Shown piece by piece: positions 1-10,364 of a stretch of DNA of 64,000 nt. A program made the translations under genes and the position numbers. The stretch comes from Spirochaetales bacterium (GTDB lineage: Bacteria > Spirochaetota > Spirochaetia > Treponematales > UBA12059), in contig JAFGNN010000001.1 of assembly GCA_016926955.1 (NCBI GenBank), positions 29,968 through 93,967 of the forward strand, read 5' to 3'. The notes beneath the pieces were generated by a model. The model did no database searches, had not been told where the DNA came from, and was given only the letters and a program-made list of their open reading frames with translations. Numbering within the stretch: the first letter of the stretch is position 1; each line of letters begins with the position of its first letter.

Positions 1-3000
1 CGCATCGACAATTCCGGTTCCATACACGCGGACGCGAGCGCCGTCACCGCCGCCGCTGCCGTCTCGGCGGACGCGAAGGGCATCGCCCTGGCCATGGCCT
101 CGGCGGCCTCCGAGGCGGAAGCGTCCGGCATCGATTCGGGCAACGGGAACCACTGGATAACGAACTCGGGCGCCATCGACGCGGACGCCGTGGCCATAGG
201 CGCGGCGGCCAACGTCGCAGTCTCGGGCGAGGGCCTCGCCGCGGGCGTGGACACGGTCTGGGACCGCGGCACCCGCGCCGATTCGGACGCGGCCGCCATC
301 CGGACTGGCGACGGGCTCGACCTGGTCAACAACGCGGGGGCGCTTGCGGCTGAAGCGACCGCTGTCTCCGCCTCGGCGGCAGTCGCGGTGGTCGGCAAGG
401 GCGTCAGCGCCGCCCTCAGCACCTCGAGCGCCGACGCGCAGGCGACGGGCATCTCGACCGGCGCCGGCTGCGACGCCATCACGAATTCGGGAAGCATACA
501 GGCGGACGCGCTGGCCTCCGCCAACGCGCTCGGCGTCGCGGTGAGCGGCAAGGGCATTTCCGGCTCCGGCAACGATCTCTGGGACGGCGGCGTGGAAGCC
601 GCCGCGACAGCCACGGGCATCGACGCGGGTTCTGGCTCGAACCTCATCGTGAATTCGGGTTCCGTGGCGGCGGACGCCCGCGCGATCACCGCCGGCGCGA
701 GCGTCGCGGTCACGGGCACCGGCCTCTCCGCGGCAGTCAGCACGGCCACGGCCTCGGCCGACGCGACCGGCATCGATTCGGGAAGCGGCATCGGCCTCGT
801 CCTCAATTCCGGGACCATTACCGCGGACGCCTCCTCTACGGCGGTACTCGCCAACGTGGCCGTGACGGTTACGGGCGTTTCGGGGGCATCGGGTTCCGTC
901 TGGGACGGCGGCACCACGTCGTCCGCCGACGCCACGGGCATCGCCACGGGCTCGTACGGCGACCTCGTTAAAGGCTCGGGCGCGGTATCGGCCACGGCGG
1001 ACGCCGTCACGGTGAGCGCGTCCGTGGCCGTCACCGGCACGGGCGTGGCGGTCGCGGCTACCACGGCCACCACGGAAGCCGCCGCGACCGGCATAGCGAC
1101 GGGCGACGGCGACGACCGCATCGAGTGGGACGGCGACATCGAGGCGGACTCCGACGCGACCGGCGTGGCCGCGTCGGTCGCCGTCACCGGCATCGGGATA
1201 TCCGCTTCCTTCGACGCGGTCTGGGACGGGGGAACCAAAACCACCGCGCGGACTGCCGGCATCGCGGGCGGCAGCGGCAACGATACGATCGGCTTCTCGG
1301 GCAGCCTTGCCGCCCGCTCGGAAGCTGACTCCGCGGCCATCACCGCCGCGCTGACCGCGAAGGGAGTCGCCGCGGCCTCCACGAGCTCCACCACGCTCGC
1401 GGAAGCCGTCGGCATCGACGCGGGGAGCGGCGACGACCTCGTCACCGCGTCCGGTTCCATCATCGTTGACGCCGACGCCGAGGGCACGTCCGTCTCGACG
1501 GCCCTGACGATAGTCGGCGTCTCGGCGACAATCGACGCGCCGAGCTCGGTCTGGGAAGGCGGGACGAACGCGACGGCGAACTCAGACGGCATCTCGGCGG
1601 GCGACGGATACGATCGGGTGTCCAACTCCGCGACCATCAGCGCAAGCGCCCGCTCGAAAACCACCTCCGTCGAGGTCACGGCCACCCTGGGCGGCATCAC
1701 GGCGGGCGGAGCGAGCTCCACGTCGACGGCGAGCTCCACCGGCATCGATCTGGGCGACGGCGGCGGCTTCCTCGACAATACGGGCGAGATCACCGTGACC
1801 ACGATCGCCGAAGCCCAGACCGTTTCGGTCAGCGTGGTCGGAGTCGGCGCCACCGGCATCGAAAACGAGATCCGCGATTGGGCGCAGGACACGCTGGCAA
1901 ACGCCTCGGCCACCGGCATTTCGGGCGGCGGCGGGAGCGACATTCTGACGAACTCCTCCAGGGTGACCGTCACGGCCAGCGCCGATACCGACGCCACCAC
2001 GGCGAAGGTCGTCCTGCTCGGCTACGGCAATTCGCGCGCGGACGGCGCCGCCTCGGCCGCCGCGACCGGCATCGATTCGGGCGCGGGCGCGGATTCCGTC
2101 ACCAACGAAGCGAGCATCGACGTCACCGCCACCGCGACCGCCGGCGCGAACGGCGTCACCGTGACCGTCGCGGGCGCGGGCAAGGCGAACATGAAAGCCG
2201 GCGCGGCCGCGGTCTCGACCGGCATCGCCGCGGGCTCCGGAGACGACACGGTAGTCAACTCAGGCGACATCAGCTCGGGCACCTGGTCCGATGATCCGCT
2301 CGCAGCCATGGCCGCCGTAAATATCCAAGGCTCCACGTGGATCCTCGCGGGCGCCGGCTCCTCGGGCGCCGCCGCGCAGGCGTCGGCCGATTCCGTCGGC
2401 ATCGACTCGGGGGATGGCGACGACGCGATCGGCAACACGGGCAGCGTCGGAGCCTGGGCGACGGCGCGAGCCGACACGAAGCAGAGCAGCTACACCTTCG
2501 CCGGCGCGTCCGGCAGCTCCGGCACCATCGGGGCGACCGCCGACTCAGCCGGCATCTCGGGCGGCGCCGGGAACGACAAGGTCCGGAACGCGGGTGCCGT
2601 CACCGCGCGCTCGCGCGCGATCGCCGAATCTTCCGGTTCCGCCGCGACGTTCGCGGGCGGTTCCGACGTCTACGCCTCGGCGGACGCCACGGCCTCGGCG
2701 GTCGGCATCGATTCGGGCGAGGGCGACGACAAGGTGGGCAACACGGGCGCCATCGAGGTCGAGGCGGAGGCCGGGACCGTGGTGGATACCGGTTCGAAGG
2801 CGTTCGCCGGGGAGCTCGTCGCGTATTCCGTCACGAAGCTCAGCGCCGGGGCCACGGGAATCGATACCGGCGACGGAGCCGACCTGGTCTGGAACGGCGC
2901 CTCCATCGGCGTCCAGGCGCTCGCCACGGGCAGCGCGAAGGCCAGCGCCGATTCCGACTTCCTTTCCAACGCCTCGGACGCCTCCGCCGCCTCCGTCGCG

Positions 3001-6000
3001 ACCGCCTCCGGAGTCTCTTCCTCGGGCGGAGACGACCGCGTCGTCAACGCGGCGGGCGCATCCGTGGACGTCTCCGCCGAGTCGATCTCGGTGGCCGACG
3101 CCTGGTCCGACGAGGATTCCACGGCGCTGAGCCTCGACAACGCCGCCGAAGCGGCCGGCATGGACGCGGGCGACGGCGCGAACGAGATGGGCAACCTCGG
3201 CTCGATCACGGCGACGGCCGCCGCGGACATCCGCGCCCTCGCGACCTCGAGCTCTACCCAGTACCACGCGAACTCGACCGCCAAGACCTCGGCGCAGGTC
3301 GACGCCTGGGGACTCCGCTCCGGCGCGGGCGACGACCATCTATGGAACGGGGACGAAACCCCCGGCTCGCCGGCGACTATCACCGCCACGGCGACGGCCT
3401 CCGCGGCCTCGAACGCGGTCTACAAGGCGCCGCACACGGACGACGCGACGGCGTGGTCCGACCTCGAGGTCGCCGCGACGGGCGTCCATGCCGGCGAAGG
3501 CGACAACCGCGTGGAGAACCACGGGACAATCACGTCGTCGGCCACAGCCGCCGTCACGACGAAGGCGAAGACCGACACCGACACCACCATCACCCACAGC
3601 ACCGCGGAGGGCTACGCGGACGCCGCAGCGACCGGCATCGGCGCGGGAGCGGGAAACGACACGATTGTAAACATGACGGGCGCGGCCGTTTCCGCCGCGG
3701 CGACGGCGAGCGCCAAGCCGAACGCGCCTGACGACTGGAACGCCTGGGCCGACGAGAACTCGGTCTCCACCTCGGACGCCGACGCGGTGTCGCGCTGCAT
3801 CGACGCGGGCGACGGCGAGAACGACGTCACGAATTTCGGCTCGATCGGGGCTTCAGCCACGGCCGGGGCCGTGGCCCGTTCCGGCGCCGAGGCCGTGGTC
3901 AACAGCACCTACGCCGAGGCGAACGCCCGCGCGGACGCCCTGGCGGTGGGCGTCGCCTCCGGCACGGGCGGGCTTGAACTCGCCAACTCGGGAACGATCA
4001 CGGCGGACGCCTCGGCGAGCTCCAGCGCAGAGGCGCACGCGGACACGGGCATTTTCGGCTCGGATCAGCGGAGGGAAATCGCCGTCGCTAGCTCGACCGC
4101 CGTCGGCGTCGACGCTGCGGGCGGAAACAACCTCATCGTCAATCTCAAGGGCGGCTCCATAGTCGCCCGGGCGAGCGCCGCAACTAACCGCGCCGCGTAC
4201 GGCATCCGCACCGGCGCCGGCGACGACCTCATAGAGAATTACGGGAACATCGAGGCGTGGACGCGCGCATCGTCCGGCCATGCCTGGGAAGCCGGCATCG
4301 GCATCGACTCCGGCGCGGGGAACGACAAGGTCACGCTCGGAGACGGTTCCTTCGTCACGGGCGACATACTCCTCGGCGCGGGGAACGACACGCTCAACGT
4401 GGTCGGCACGGGGAACCTCTCCGGCATCGCGTGGGGCGGCGCGGGCACCGACCTCCTCGAGATCGAGGGGGAAGGCTCGTTCAGCGCCGCGCAGACCCGC
4501 GAATTCGAGAACTTCCTCAAGTACGGCGCCGGCATGCTGACCCTCGAGGGCGCCTCGGTCTTCGAGAGCCTCGAGGTCGCTTCGGGCAGCCTCCGCGTCG
4601 AGGGCGGCCTCGCCCTCACCGACGGCAGCCGCCTGGCCGCCTGGGTGTACGGCGACGGCACCAACGGGCTCATCTCCGTGGGGGGCGAACTCGCCCTCGA
4701 CGGCACCCTTGCGGTCGCCCGCGGAACCGGCGCCTTCCGCGACGGCACGAGCTTCGACATCATCGAGGCCGATTCCCTCTCAGGCGCGTTCGCCTTCCTC
4801 GAACTCCCCGCGCCCACTGAGCTGCTTTCCTTCTCGCTGGTGCCCGGCGGCGCGACGGGTTACCGCGTGGTAGCCAGTGCGGCCGAGTTCACGAGCGTAG
4901 CGAGCACCGCCGACGAGCGCGCGATCGCGTCGGTCTTCGACGCCCTGCTCCCCGCCGCTACGGGCGACCTTTCGCTCGTGCTCGGCGAATTCCAGTCCCT
5001 CGCGTCGGCCGATTACGACGCGGCTTTCGACAGCCTCGGGCCCGGAGCCTACGGCGCGTCCTCGGTGGCCTCGCTGAGCGCCATCGACGGCTTCTCGGGC
5101 GCGATTTTCTCGCGGCTTTCGGCGCTCGAACCGTCCGGGGCTTCGACGGGCCCGACGCTCGGCCGCGCCACCATCAAGCGCCTCGGCCATGCGGGACCCT
5201 CCGGCGCGTCTTCCGGCGCCCGCGCGAAGGCGGAGCACGGGTTCTGGCTTTCCGGCTTCGGCCAGTGGGGCGGATACTCGCCCGATGACGGCGGCTTCCT
5301 CTTCTCGGTCTCGGGCACCGCCGTCGGCTGGGACGCGGCCTTCCGCGACGGCCTTTCCGCGGGTCTCGGGGCCGGGTACTCGGGCACCGGAACCGCCCTC
5401 GCCTCCGGCGCGGGCCGGACCGACTCCATGACGGGATCGGCCTACGGCGCCTGGGTTCAGGGCGTGTTCCGTCTCGACGGCGCCCTGGCCCTGAGCCGGC
5501 AGGTACACTCGCTGACGCGGGAAATCGAGGTCGGGACCATCGACAGGGTCGCCTCGAGCACCCATGAGGGCGACTCGATCAATGCCACCTTCGGCGCGAA
5601 CCTCGCGTTCGGCGCCGGTCCGCTCACCGTTTCGCCCGGCCTCCATGCCAGGTACGTTTTCGTCGCCGAGGAGGCCTTCACCGAAACCGGCGCCGATTCG
5701 GTCTCGCTGGCCGTTGCCGGCAGATCCGACCATTCGCTCTGCTCCGATCTCGGCCTCGCGCTGGCACTCGAGCTCGTCTCCGGGCCGCTGGGGCTCTCGG
5801 CGGACCTATCCGCCCTCTGGCGCCACGACTTCCTGTACGGCTCGGCCCCGATCGAAGCCGCCTTCGCCGACGCGCCCGAGGAGCCCTTCCTGACTCAGGC
5901 TCCCGGGCAGACGGCCGACGGCATTTTGATCGGCGCCGGCCTGCTCGTCAAAACCGGCGCCGGCTTCTCGGTCTCCCTCCGGTACGACTGCGAACTCAGG

Positions 6001-6051
6001 GGCGGCTTCTTCTCGAACGGGCTCTCGGCTGCCGCGCGGTACGGGTTCTGA
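1..6051 (+). CDS. Large autotransporter (type Va-like) with repetitive Ala/Gly/Ser/Thr-rich passenger; 5' truncated by window edge
   Basis: Frame open from base 1 to TGA 6049-6051; many GI(D/A/S)xGxGxDxxxNxGxI repeats; PATR-like strand FLKYGAGMLTLEG; C-terminal beta-barrel-like region (GFWLSGFGQWG...) ending in YGF. Confidence 0.85.
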   Translation, partial: RIDNSGSIHADASAVTAAAAVSADAKGIALAMASAASEAEASGIDSGNGNHWITNSGAIDADAVAIGAAANVAVSGEGLAAGVDTVWDRGTRADSDAAAIRTGDGLDLVNNAGALAAEATAVSASAAVAVVGKGVSAALSTSSADAQATGISTGAGCDAITNSGSIQADALASANALGVAVSGKGISGSGNDLWDGGVEAAATATGIDAGSGSNLIVNSGSVAADARAITAGASVAVTGTGLSAAVSTATASADATGIDSGSGIGLVLNSGTITADASSTAVLANVAVTVTGVSGASGSVWDGGTTSSADATGIATGSYGDLVKGSGAVSATADAVTVSASVAVTGTGVAVAATTATTEAAATGIATGDGDDRIEWDGDIEADSDATGVAASVAVTGIGISASFDAVWDGGTKTTARTAGIAGGSGNDTIGFSGSLAARSEADSAAITAALTAKGVAAASTSSTTLAEAVGIDAGSGDDLVTASGSIIVDADAEGTSVSTALTIVGVSATIDAPSSVWEGGTNATANSDGISAGDGYDRVSNSATISASARSKTTSVEVTATLGGITAGGASSTSTASSTGIDLGDGGGFLDNTGEITVTTIAEAQTVSVSVVGVGATGIENEIRDWAQDTLANASATGISGGGGSDILTNSSRVTVTASADTDATTAKVVLLGYGNSRADGAASAAATGIDSGAGADSVTNEASIDVTATATAGANGVTVTVAGAGKANMKAGAAAVSTGIAAGSGDDTVVNSGDISSGTWSDDPLAAMAAVNIQGSTWILAGAGSSGAAAQASADSVGIDSGDGDDAIGNTGSVGAWATARADTKQSSYTFAGASGSSGTIGATADSAGISGGAGNDKVRNAGAVTARSRAIAESSGSAATFAGGSDVYASADATASAVGIDSGEGDDKVGNTGAIEVEAEAGTVVDTGSKAFAGELVAYSVTKLSAGATGIDTGDGADLVWNGASIGVQALATGSAKASADSDFLSNASDASAASVATASGVSSSGGDDRVVNAAGASVDVSAESISVADAWSDEDSTALSLDNAAEAAGMDAGDGANEMGNLGSITATAAADIRALATSSSTQYHANSTAKTSAQVDAWGLRSGAGDDHLWNGDETPGSPATITATATASAASNAVYKAPHTDDATAWSDLEVAATGVHAGEGDNRVENHGTITSSATAAVTTKAKTDTDTTITHSTAEGYADAAATGIGAGAGNDTIVNMTGAAVSAAATASAKPNAPDDWNAWADENSVSTSDADAVSRCIDAGDGENDVTNFGSIGASATAGAVARSGAEAVVNSTYAEANARADALAVGVASGTGGLELANSGTITADASASSSAEAHADTGIFGSDQRREIAVASSTAVGVDAAGGNNLIVNLKGGSIVARASAATNRAAYGIRTGAGDDLIENYGNIEAWTRASSGHAWEAGIGIDSGAGNDKVTLGDGSFVTGDILLGAGNDTLNVVGTGNLSGIAWGGAGTDLLEIEGEGSFSAAQTREFENFLKYGAGMLTLEGASVFESLEVASGSLRVEGGLALTDGSRLAAWVYGDGTNGLISVGGELALDGTLAVARGTGAFRDGTSFDIIEADSLSGAFAFLELPAPTELLSFSLVPGGATGYRVVASAAEFTSVASTADERAIASVFDALLPAATGDLSLVLGEFQSLASADYDAAFDSLGPGAYGASSVASLSAIDGFSGAIFSRLSALEPSGASTGPTLGRATIKRLGHAGPSGASSGARAKAEHGFWLSGFGQWGGYSPDDGGFLFSVSGTAVGWDAAFRDGLSAGLGAGYSGTGTALASGAGRTDSMTGSAYGAWVQGVFRLDGALALSRQVHSLTREIEVGTIDRVASSTHEGDSINATFGANLAFGAGPLTVSPGLHARYVFVAEEAFTETGADSVSLAVAGRSDHSLCSDLGLALALELVSGPLGLSADLSALWRHDFLYGSAPIEAAFADAPEEPFLTQAPGQTADGILIGAGLLVKTGAGFSVSLRYDCELRGGFFSNGLSAAARYGF

Positions 6052-6069
6052 GCGAGTCCCCGCGGATTC

Positions 6070-6100
6070 AAGCGCCCCGGCCGGATGCCGGGGTGCTTTT
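6070..6100 (+). terminator. Rho-independent terminator after autotransporter
   Basis: AAGCGCCCCGGC / GCCGGGGTGCTT stem followed by T run. Confidence 0.6.
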
Positions 6101-6222
6101 CACGAGTATCGGGCAAAAACGCTCGACAATCCTTTTGACAAAAACCCGAATCGAGTCAAGCATGGGACGACCGCCCGTGCCTGGCCGGACGGATTATCGA
6201 ACGTGAACGGAGGAAGCCGTCG

Positions 6223-7050
6223 ATGAAGAAATTCGCGCGGATCCTTGCCCTCCTCGCGATGGCCGCGGCCATCGTCGCGTGCTCGAGCCCCCTGGCTCCC
6301 GTAGACCAGATCGAAGCCGCCGAGCCCCTCGACCTGATGGCCCCGCCCCGCCTCTCCGGCGATTCGGGCTTCCCGCCCATCGTCGGCATACCCTTCAATC
6401 GGGACGGCGCCGTCTACCTTTCCGGCGGCGGAGAGGACCTGATCGGCTCGGTCATCGGCTGGGCCGCTCCGAAGAGCCTGCCCGGCGACTACTACCACGG
6501 CGGCGCCCTCGACCTCGACAAGTACGACCCGAACAATCTCGACGCTCCCTGCATGCAGTCGGCGATCACCAAGGGCGCCGGCTTCGAGAGCGCCAACGAC
6601 TGGATCCTCGGCAAGGTGAACGTCCAGGTTCGCAACCCCAACTTCACCGTCAACCAGGCGCAACTGAACGCGGCACAGGCCGCGGTCGACTACTACTGCA
6701 ACCTGCCCGCCGACCAGCAGGACTACGGCTTCTTCAAGAACTACGTCAACATCTTCAACGTGGTCACCAAGGAAGACCGGTATTACTGGTACTGCACCAA
6801 GGTAGCCTGGGAGCTGTGGAAGACCTACGGCGTCGACATCGACTCCAATTCCCTCGCCATCGACTGGACCTCCTCGGGCCTCTACTCGATGGTCCGCAAC
6901 TACTACTACACCATCTACTTCTGGTCGCGATCCCGCGCCGAGGCCGCCATCGCCGCCTACATGGCAGACACGCGGCAGAAGATCGTCCTCGCCGAGGAGA
7001 TCATGCTATCGCCCTACCTGACCAAGGTCTTCGAGGTCATCCGCAATTGA
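6223..7050 (+). CDS. Lipoprotein, permuted papain-like amidase (YiiX/YaeF-type NlpC/P60)
   Basis: Signal ending IVA-C; His motif YYHGG precedes Cys motif WYCTKVAWELWKTYGVDID (permuted order); RBS GGAGG. Confidence 0.7.
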   Translation: MKKFARILALLAMAAAIVACSSPLAPVDQIEAAEPLDLMAPPRLSGDSGFPPIVGIPFNRDGAVYLSGGGEDLIGSVIGWAAPKSLPGDYYHGGALDLDKYDPNNLDAPCMQSAITKGAGFESANDWILGKVNVQVRNPNFTVNQAQLNAAQAAVDYYCNLPADQQDYGFFKNYVNIFNVVTKEDRYYWYCTKVAWELWKTYGVDIDSNSLAIDWTSSGLYSMVRNYYYTIYFWSRSRAEAAIAAYMADTRQKIVLAEEIMLSPYLTKVFEVIRN

Positions 7051-8123
7051 CGAACGAGGAAGGGCGGTCGCGCACCGCCAGGCGGGCTTCCGCCCTTCCG
7101 TCCGCCGCGATCGCCCTGGCCGCGGCCTCGCTCGCCATCGCATGCGGGTCGAGCGTATCCGCGCCCGCGCGAAGCGCCTCGACCGCCGGAACTGGCGCCG
7201 ACGCGCCGGCCGGGGGCGTCTTCGCGCTCTCGCGCCTCCTCCGCGCCGCCGACGCGTCCTTCGAACCGTTCGCGCTCGTCGCGGACGCGCGGCTCCGCGC
7301 CGTTGCCCCGAGCGGCGACGGCATCCTGGTCTGGAGCCACGACGACGACACGCTCAGGCGCTACCGGACGGACGGCTCGGTAAGCGCATCGTGGCCACTC
7401 GAGGCAGCGGCCGCCTGGGCATCGCCGTCCCTCGTGCTGACCCGCGACGAGCTCTACACAAGGGAGGCGGGCTTCGGGTTCGCGCTGCACGCCGTCGACG
7501 CGACTCAGGCTCCGCGGAAACTCGGCGCATGGACGCTCGACTGCTTCCCCTCGGACCTGTCCTTCGACGAAGGCGGCGTTTTGCTCGCCGGAGCGGACCG
7601 GGCGGACGCGACGCATTCGGTCCGGCGGCTCGGCGAGGACGGCACCGCGCGGACCCTGTTCGAATTCCCGAAGCGTGACGACTTCGCGCGCCTGGTCGCG
7701 GACGCGGATCGCCTTCTGGTTTTCGCGAGCGCGCGGACGCGGGAAGCTCGCGAGCTCGCCGCGTATCTCGTTGGAGGGAGCGCCGCCCCCGCGCCCGCGG
7801 AAACCCGGCTCGAGCTCCTCGGGCTGCCCGAAAGCGCCCTGTGCTGGTACGGCTCGGGCTTCTTTTTCGAGGAACGCTGGTGGCTGCCCCTCGCGCTCGC
7901 GGACGGCGACACGGCGCTGGCAGGGTTCAGGCTCGCAGGCGACGCGCTTGAACTGGAAGCGCTGGTCCGGGGCTCGCTCGGCGTCTACGCCCCGCTCGGC
8001 CCCTCGGCGGACGGCGCCTCGTTCCGCTACCTGGCCTACGACCACGAGCGGGAGCCTGGCGTCTGGCGGCTCGCGAGCTTCGACGGCGAGACGCTCGCCT
8101 TCGACATCCTCGCCGCTCCCTGA
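7047..8123 (+). CDS. Hypothetical lipoprotein
   Basis: TTG start overlapping upstream stop (TTGA); hydrophobic stretch ending LAIA-C; rest of the 6279..8123 frame reads as a globular protein. Confidence 0.6.
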   Translation: MTNEEGRSRTARRASALPSAAIALAAASLAIACGSSVSAPARSASTAGTGADAPAGGVFALSRLLRAADASFEPFALVADARLRAVAPSGDGILVWSHDDDTLRRYRTDGSVSASWPLEAAAAWASPSLVLTRDELYTREAGFGFALHAVDATQAPRKLGAWTLDCFPSDLSFDEGGVLLAGADRADATHSVRRLGEDGTARTLFEFPKRDDFARLVADADRLLVFASARTREARELAAYLVGGSAAPAPAETRLELLGLPESALCWYGSGFFFEERWWLPLALADGDTALAGFRLAGDALELEALVRGSLGVYAPLGPSADGASFRYLAYDHEREPGVWRLASFDGETLAFDILAAP

Positions 8124-8182
8124 TATCCGGCGCGAGGCGCGGGCGTAGCGATCCTCCCTTCCGCGGCCTATACTTCACTCCT

Positions 8183-10195
8183 ATGCGCGCACGCCCGACA
8201 GCCATCCGACATCTCGCCTTGGCCCTGGTCCTCCTGTCCCCGCTCGCCGAGCCGGCCGCTGAGGCGGAGGCGCCGGAACGCATCGTCGTCGTCAGCGACG
8301 ACAAATACCCGCCCTACATCTTCCGCGATCCGGACGGCGCGCTCCAGGGCATCCTGGCGGACCAATGGCGCGCGTGGGAAGCGGCGACGGGAGTCCGGGT
8401 AGAGCTGAGGGCGATGGATTGGAACGAGGCGCTCGCGGCGATGCAGCGCGGAGAGGCCGACGTCATCGACACAACGTTCCGGACCCTGGAACGCGAGGCG
8501 TCGTGGGACTTCTCCAAACCCTACGCGGACATCGAGGTGCCTATATTCGTCCATCGCGACGTTTCGGGTATCGCCAAGCCCGCGGACCTGCGGGGTTTCC
8601 GCGTGGCGGTCAAGGCCGGAGACGCCTGTGTCGAACAACTGCGGGCGCTCGGCGTCCGCGACCTGGTGGAATACCCGAGCTACGAAGCAGTAGTTTCCGC
8701 AGCGGCCCGCCGCGACATCCTCGCGTTCTGCGCGGATTTTCCGCCCGCCTTGCATTTCCTTTACAAGGCCGGAGCCTACGACGAATGGCGCATCGCCTTC
8801 CGGCTCGAGGGCGGAAGCTTCCACCGCGCGGTGGCCAAGGGTGAGCGCGAGCTGCTCGCCCTCGTGGAGTCGGGCTTCGCCGCGATTCCCCGCTCGGCCT
8901 TGGACGACATCGACCGGGCCTGGCTCGGCCAGCCGCTTCCCGCGCTCGAGCAGGCGCGCCGGCTCCGCGTCCTGGCCCTGATCGCCACAGCCCTCCTCGC
9001 GCTGGCCCTGTTGCTCGGCGTGGTCGCGGCGGTCCTTCGCCGCAGGGTGGCGAGAGCCACCGAAGAGCTCATGGGGAAAATCGCGGAGCTCGAGGCCAGC
9101 GAAAACCGCAACCGGGCCTTCATCGAAGCCTTGCCCGACCTCTTCTTCACCTTCGACCGCGACGGGCGCTACCTCGACTACCGCACCTCGTCGCCCGAAC
9201 TGCTCGCGTTGCCGCCCGAGGCGATGATCGGTCGCCTGATTTCCGATATGCCCTTTCCGCCCGCGGTGGCTTCGCTCTACCTCGAGGCCATAGCCAAAGC
9301 GCTCGATTCGCGAAAGCTCGTGGCCATCGAATACGAGCTCGCGGTGCTGACCGGACCGCGCCGCTTCGAAGGCCGCCTCGTGCCAGTCGGGACGGACAGG
9401 GTCCTGTTCGTCGCGCGCGACATCACCGAGCGCTCGCGACAGGACGCGAGGCTCCGCGAGTCGCTCGCTGAAAAGGAAGTGCTGCTCAGGGAGATACACC
9501 ACCGCGTCAAGAACAACCTGCAGGTGGTATCGAGCCTCGTCGCGCTGCAGCGCGACTCCATCCACGATCCGCGCGACCTCGAGCTGATGGCCGAGACCGA
9601 GCACCGCATCAAGGCCATGGCACGAATCCACGAGATACTCTACCGGAGCGGCAACTTCTCCTCGCTGGACGCGGGGGAGTACGTGAGCGCGATCGCGGAC
9701 GACCTCGCCGAGGCATCCGGCGCTCGAATCGAGGCAGTCCTGGAGGGCGGCCCCTTCCCGATCATGCTGGACGACGCCGTGCCCCTCGGGCTCGCGACCA
9801 ACGAGCTCGTGACCAATGCCGTAAAGTACGGCCGCGCGCCGGGCTCAGGAGTCCAGTCCGTCCAGGCGACGCTCACGAATTCAGGCGGGTGCTACACGCT
9901 CCTCGTCACTGACTCGGGTCCCGGCCTGCCCGATGGCTTCGATCCGAGGCGTGACGGGAACATGGGTTTCACCCTGGTGCGCGCCCTGGCGTCGCAGCTC
10001 CGCGCCGAACTGGCCGTCGTTCCGGGTCCGGGAGCGCGCGTCTCGCTTTCGTTCAAGCCCGGAACCGACGAGCGGCCCTCCGGAAACGGCCCGAAGACCG
10101 CGTCCGAGGGTCCGCCCGCGTCAGGCGTTCAGCAACCCCAACCACAGGGTCCGCAGGGCTCCGCCGCCTCGCGCGAGGCTCGTCCGGAGGCATGA
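8183..10195 (+). CDS. Sensor histidine kinase (SBP_bac_3-type sensor, TM, PAS, HisKA_2, HATPase)
   Basis: DDKYPPY motif; EIHHRVKNNLQ H-box; NELVTNAVKYG N-box; DSGPGLP G1 box. Confidence 0.9.
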   Translation: MRARPTAIRHLALALVLLSPLAEPAAEAEAPERIVVVSDDKYPPYIFRDPDGALQGILADQWRAWEAATGVRVELRAMDWNEALAAMQRGEADVIDTTFRTLEREASWDFSKPYADIEVPIFVHRDVSGIAKPADLRGFRVAVKAGDACVEQLRALGVRDLVEYPSYEAVVSAAARRDILAFCADFPPALHFLYKAGAYDEWRIAFRLEGGSFHRAVAKGERELLALVESGFAAIPRSALDDIDRAWLGQPLPALEQARRLRVLALIATALLALALLLGVVAAVLRRRVARATEELMGKIAELEASENRNRAFIEALPDLFFTFDRDGRYLDYRTSSPELLALPPEAMIGRLISDMPFPPAVASLYLEAIAKALDSRKLVAIEYELAVLTGPRRFEGRLVPVGTDRVLFVARDITERSRQDARLRESLAEKEVLLREIHHRVKNNLQVVSSLVALQRDSIHDPRDLELMAETEHRIKAMARIHEILYRSGNFSSLDAGEYVSAIADDLAEASGARIEAVLEGGPFPIMLDDAVPLGLATNELVTNAVKYGRAPGSGVQSVQATLTNSGGCYTLLVTDSGPGLPDGFDPRRDGNMGFTLVRALASQLRAELAVVPGPGARVSLSFKPGTDERPSGNGPKTASEGPPASGVQQPQPQGPQGSAASREARPEA

Positions 10196-10346
10196 TCGGA
10201 GGCGTCGGCCCCCCGGGTCGACGGCCGCGCGCTCGCCGCGCCCCCCCGGTCCGCAGCCCGCCCCCCGGCGTCGTTGAGTCCGGCTGGAACAACGGACCTG
10301 CCTGTCGCGGCGAGCTCAGCCGAGACTGTCGGCGCCGCGCTGAAGT

Positions 10347-10364
10347 TCAGTTCAGATACCCCAT
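10347..10364 (-). other. Micro-ORF MGYLN* with strong RBS, downstream of attenuator-like terminator
   Basis: Minus strand GGGAGG-N6-ATG GGG TAT CTG AAC TGA. Confidence 0.3.

Noticed and set aside
10347-10349. Selenocysteine or readthrough at the MGYLN TGA
   Set aside because: The readthrough frame gives low-complexity sequence with no recognisable domain
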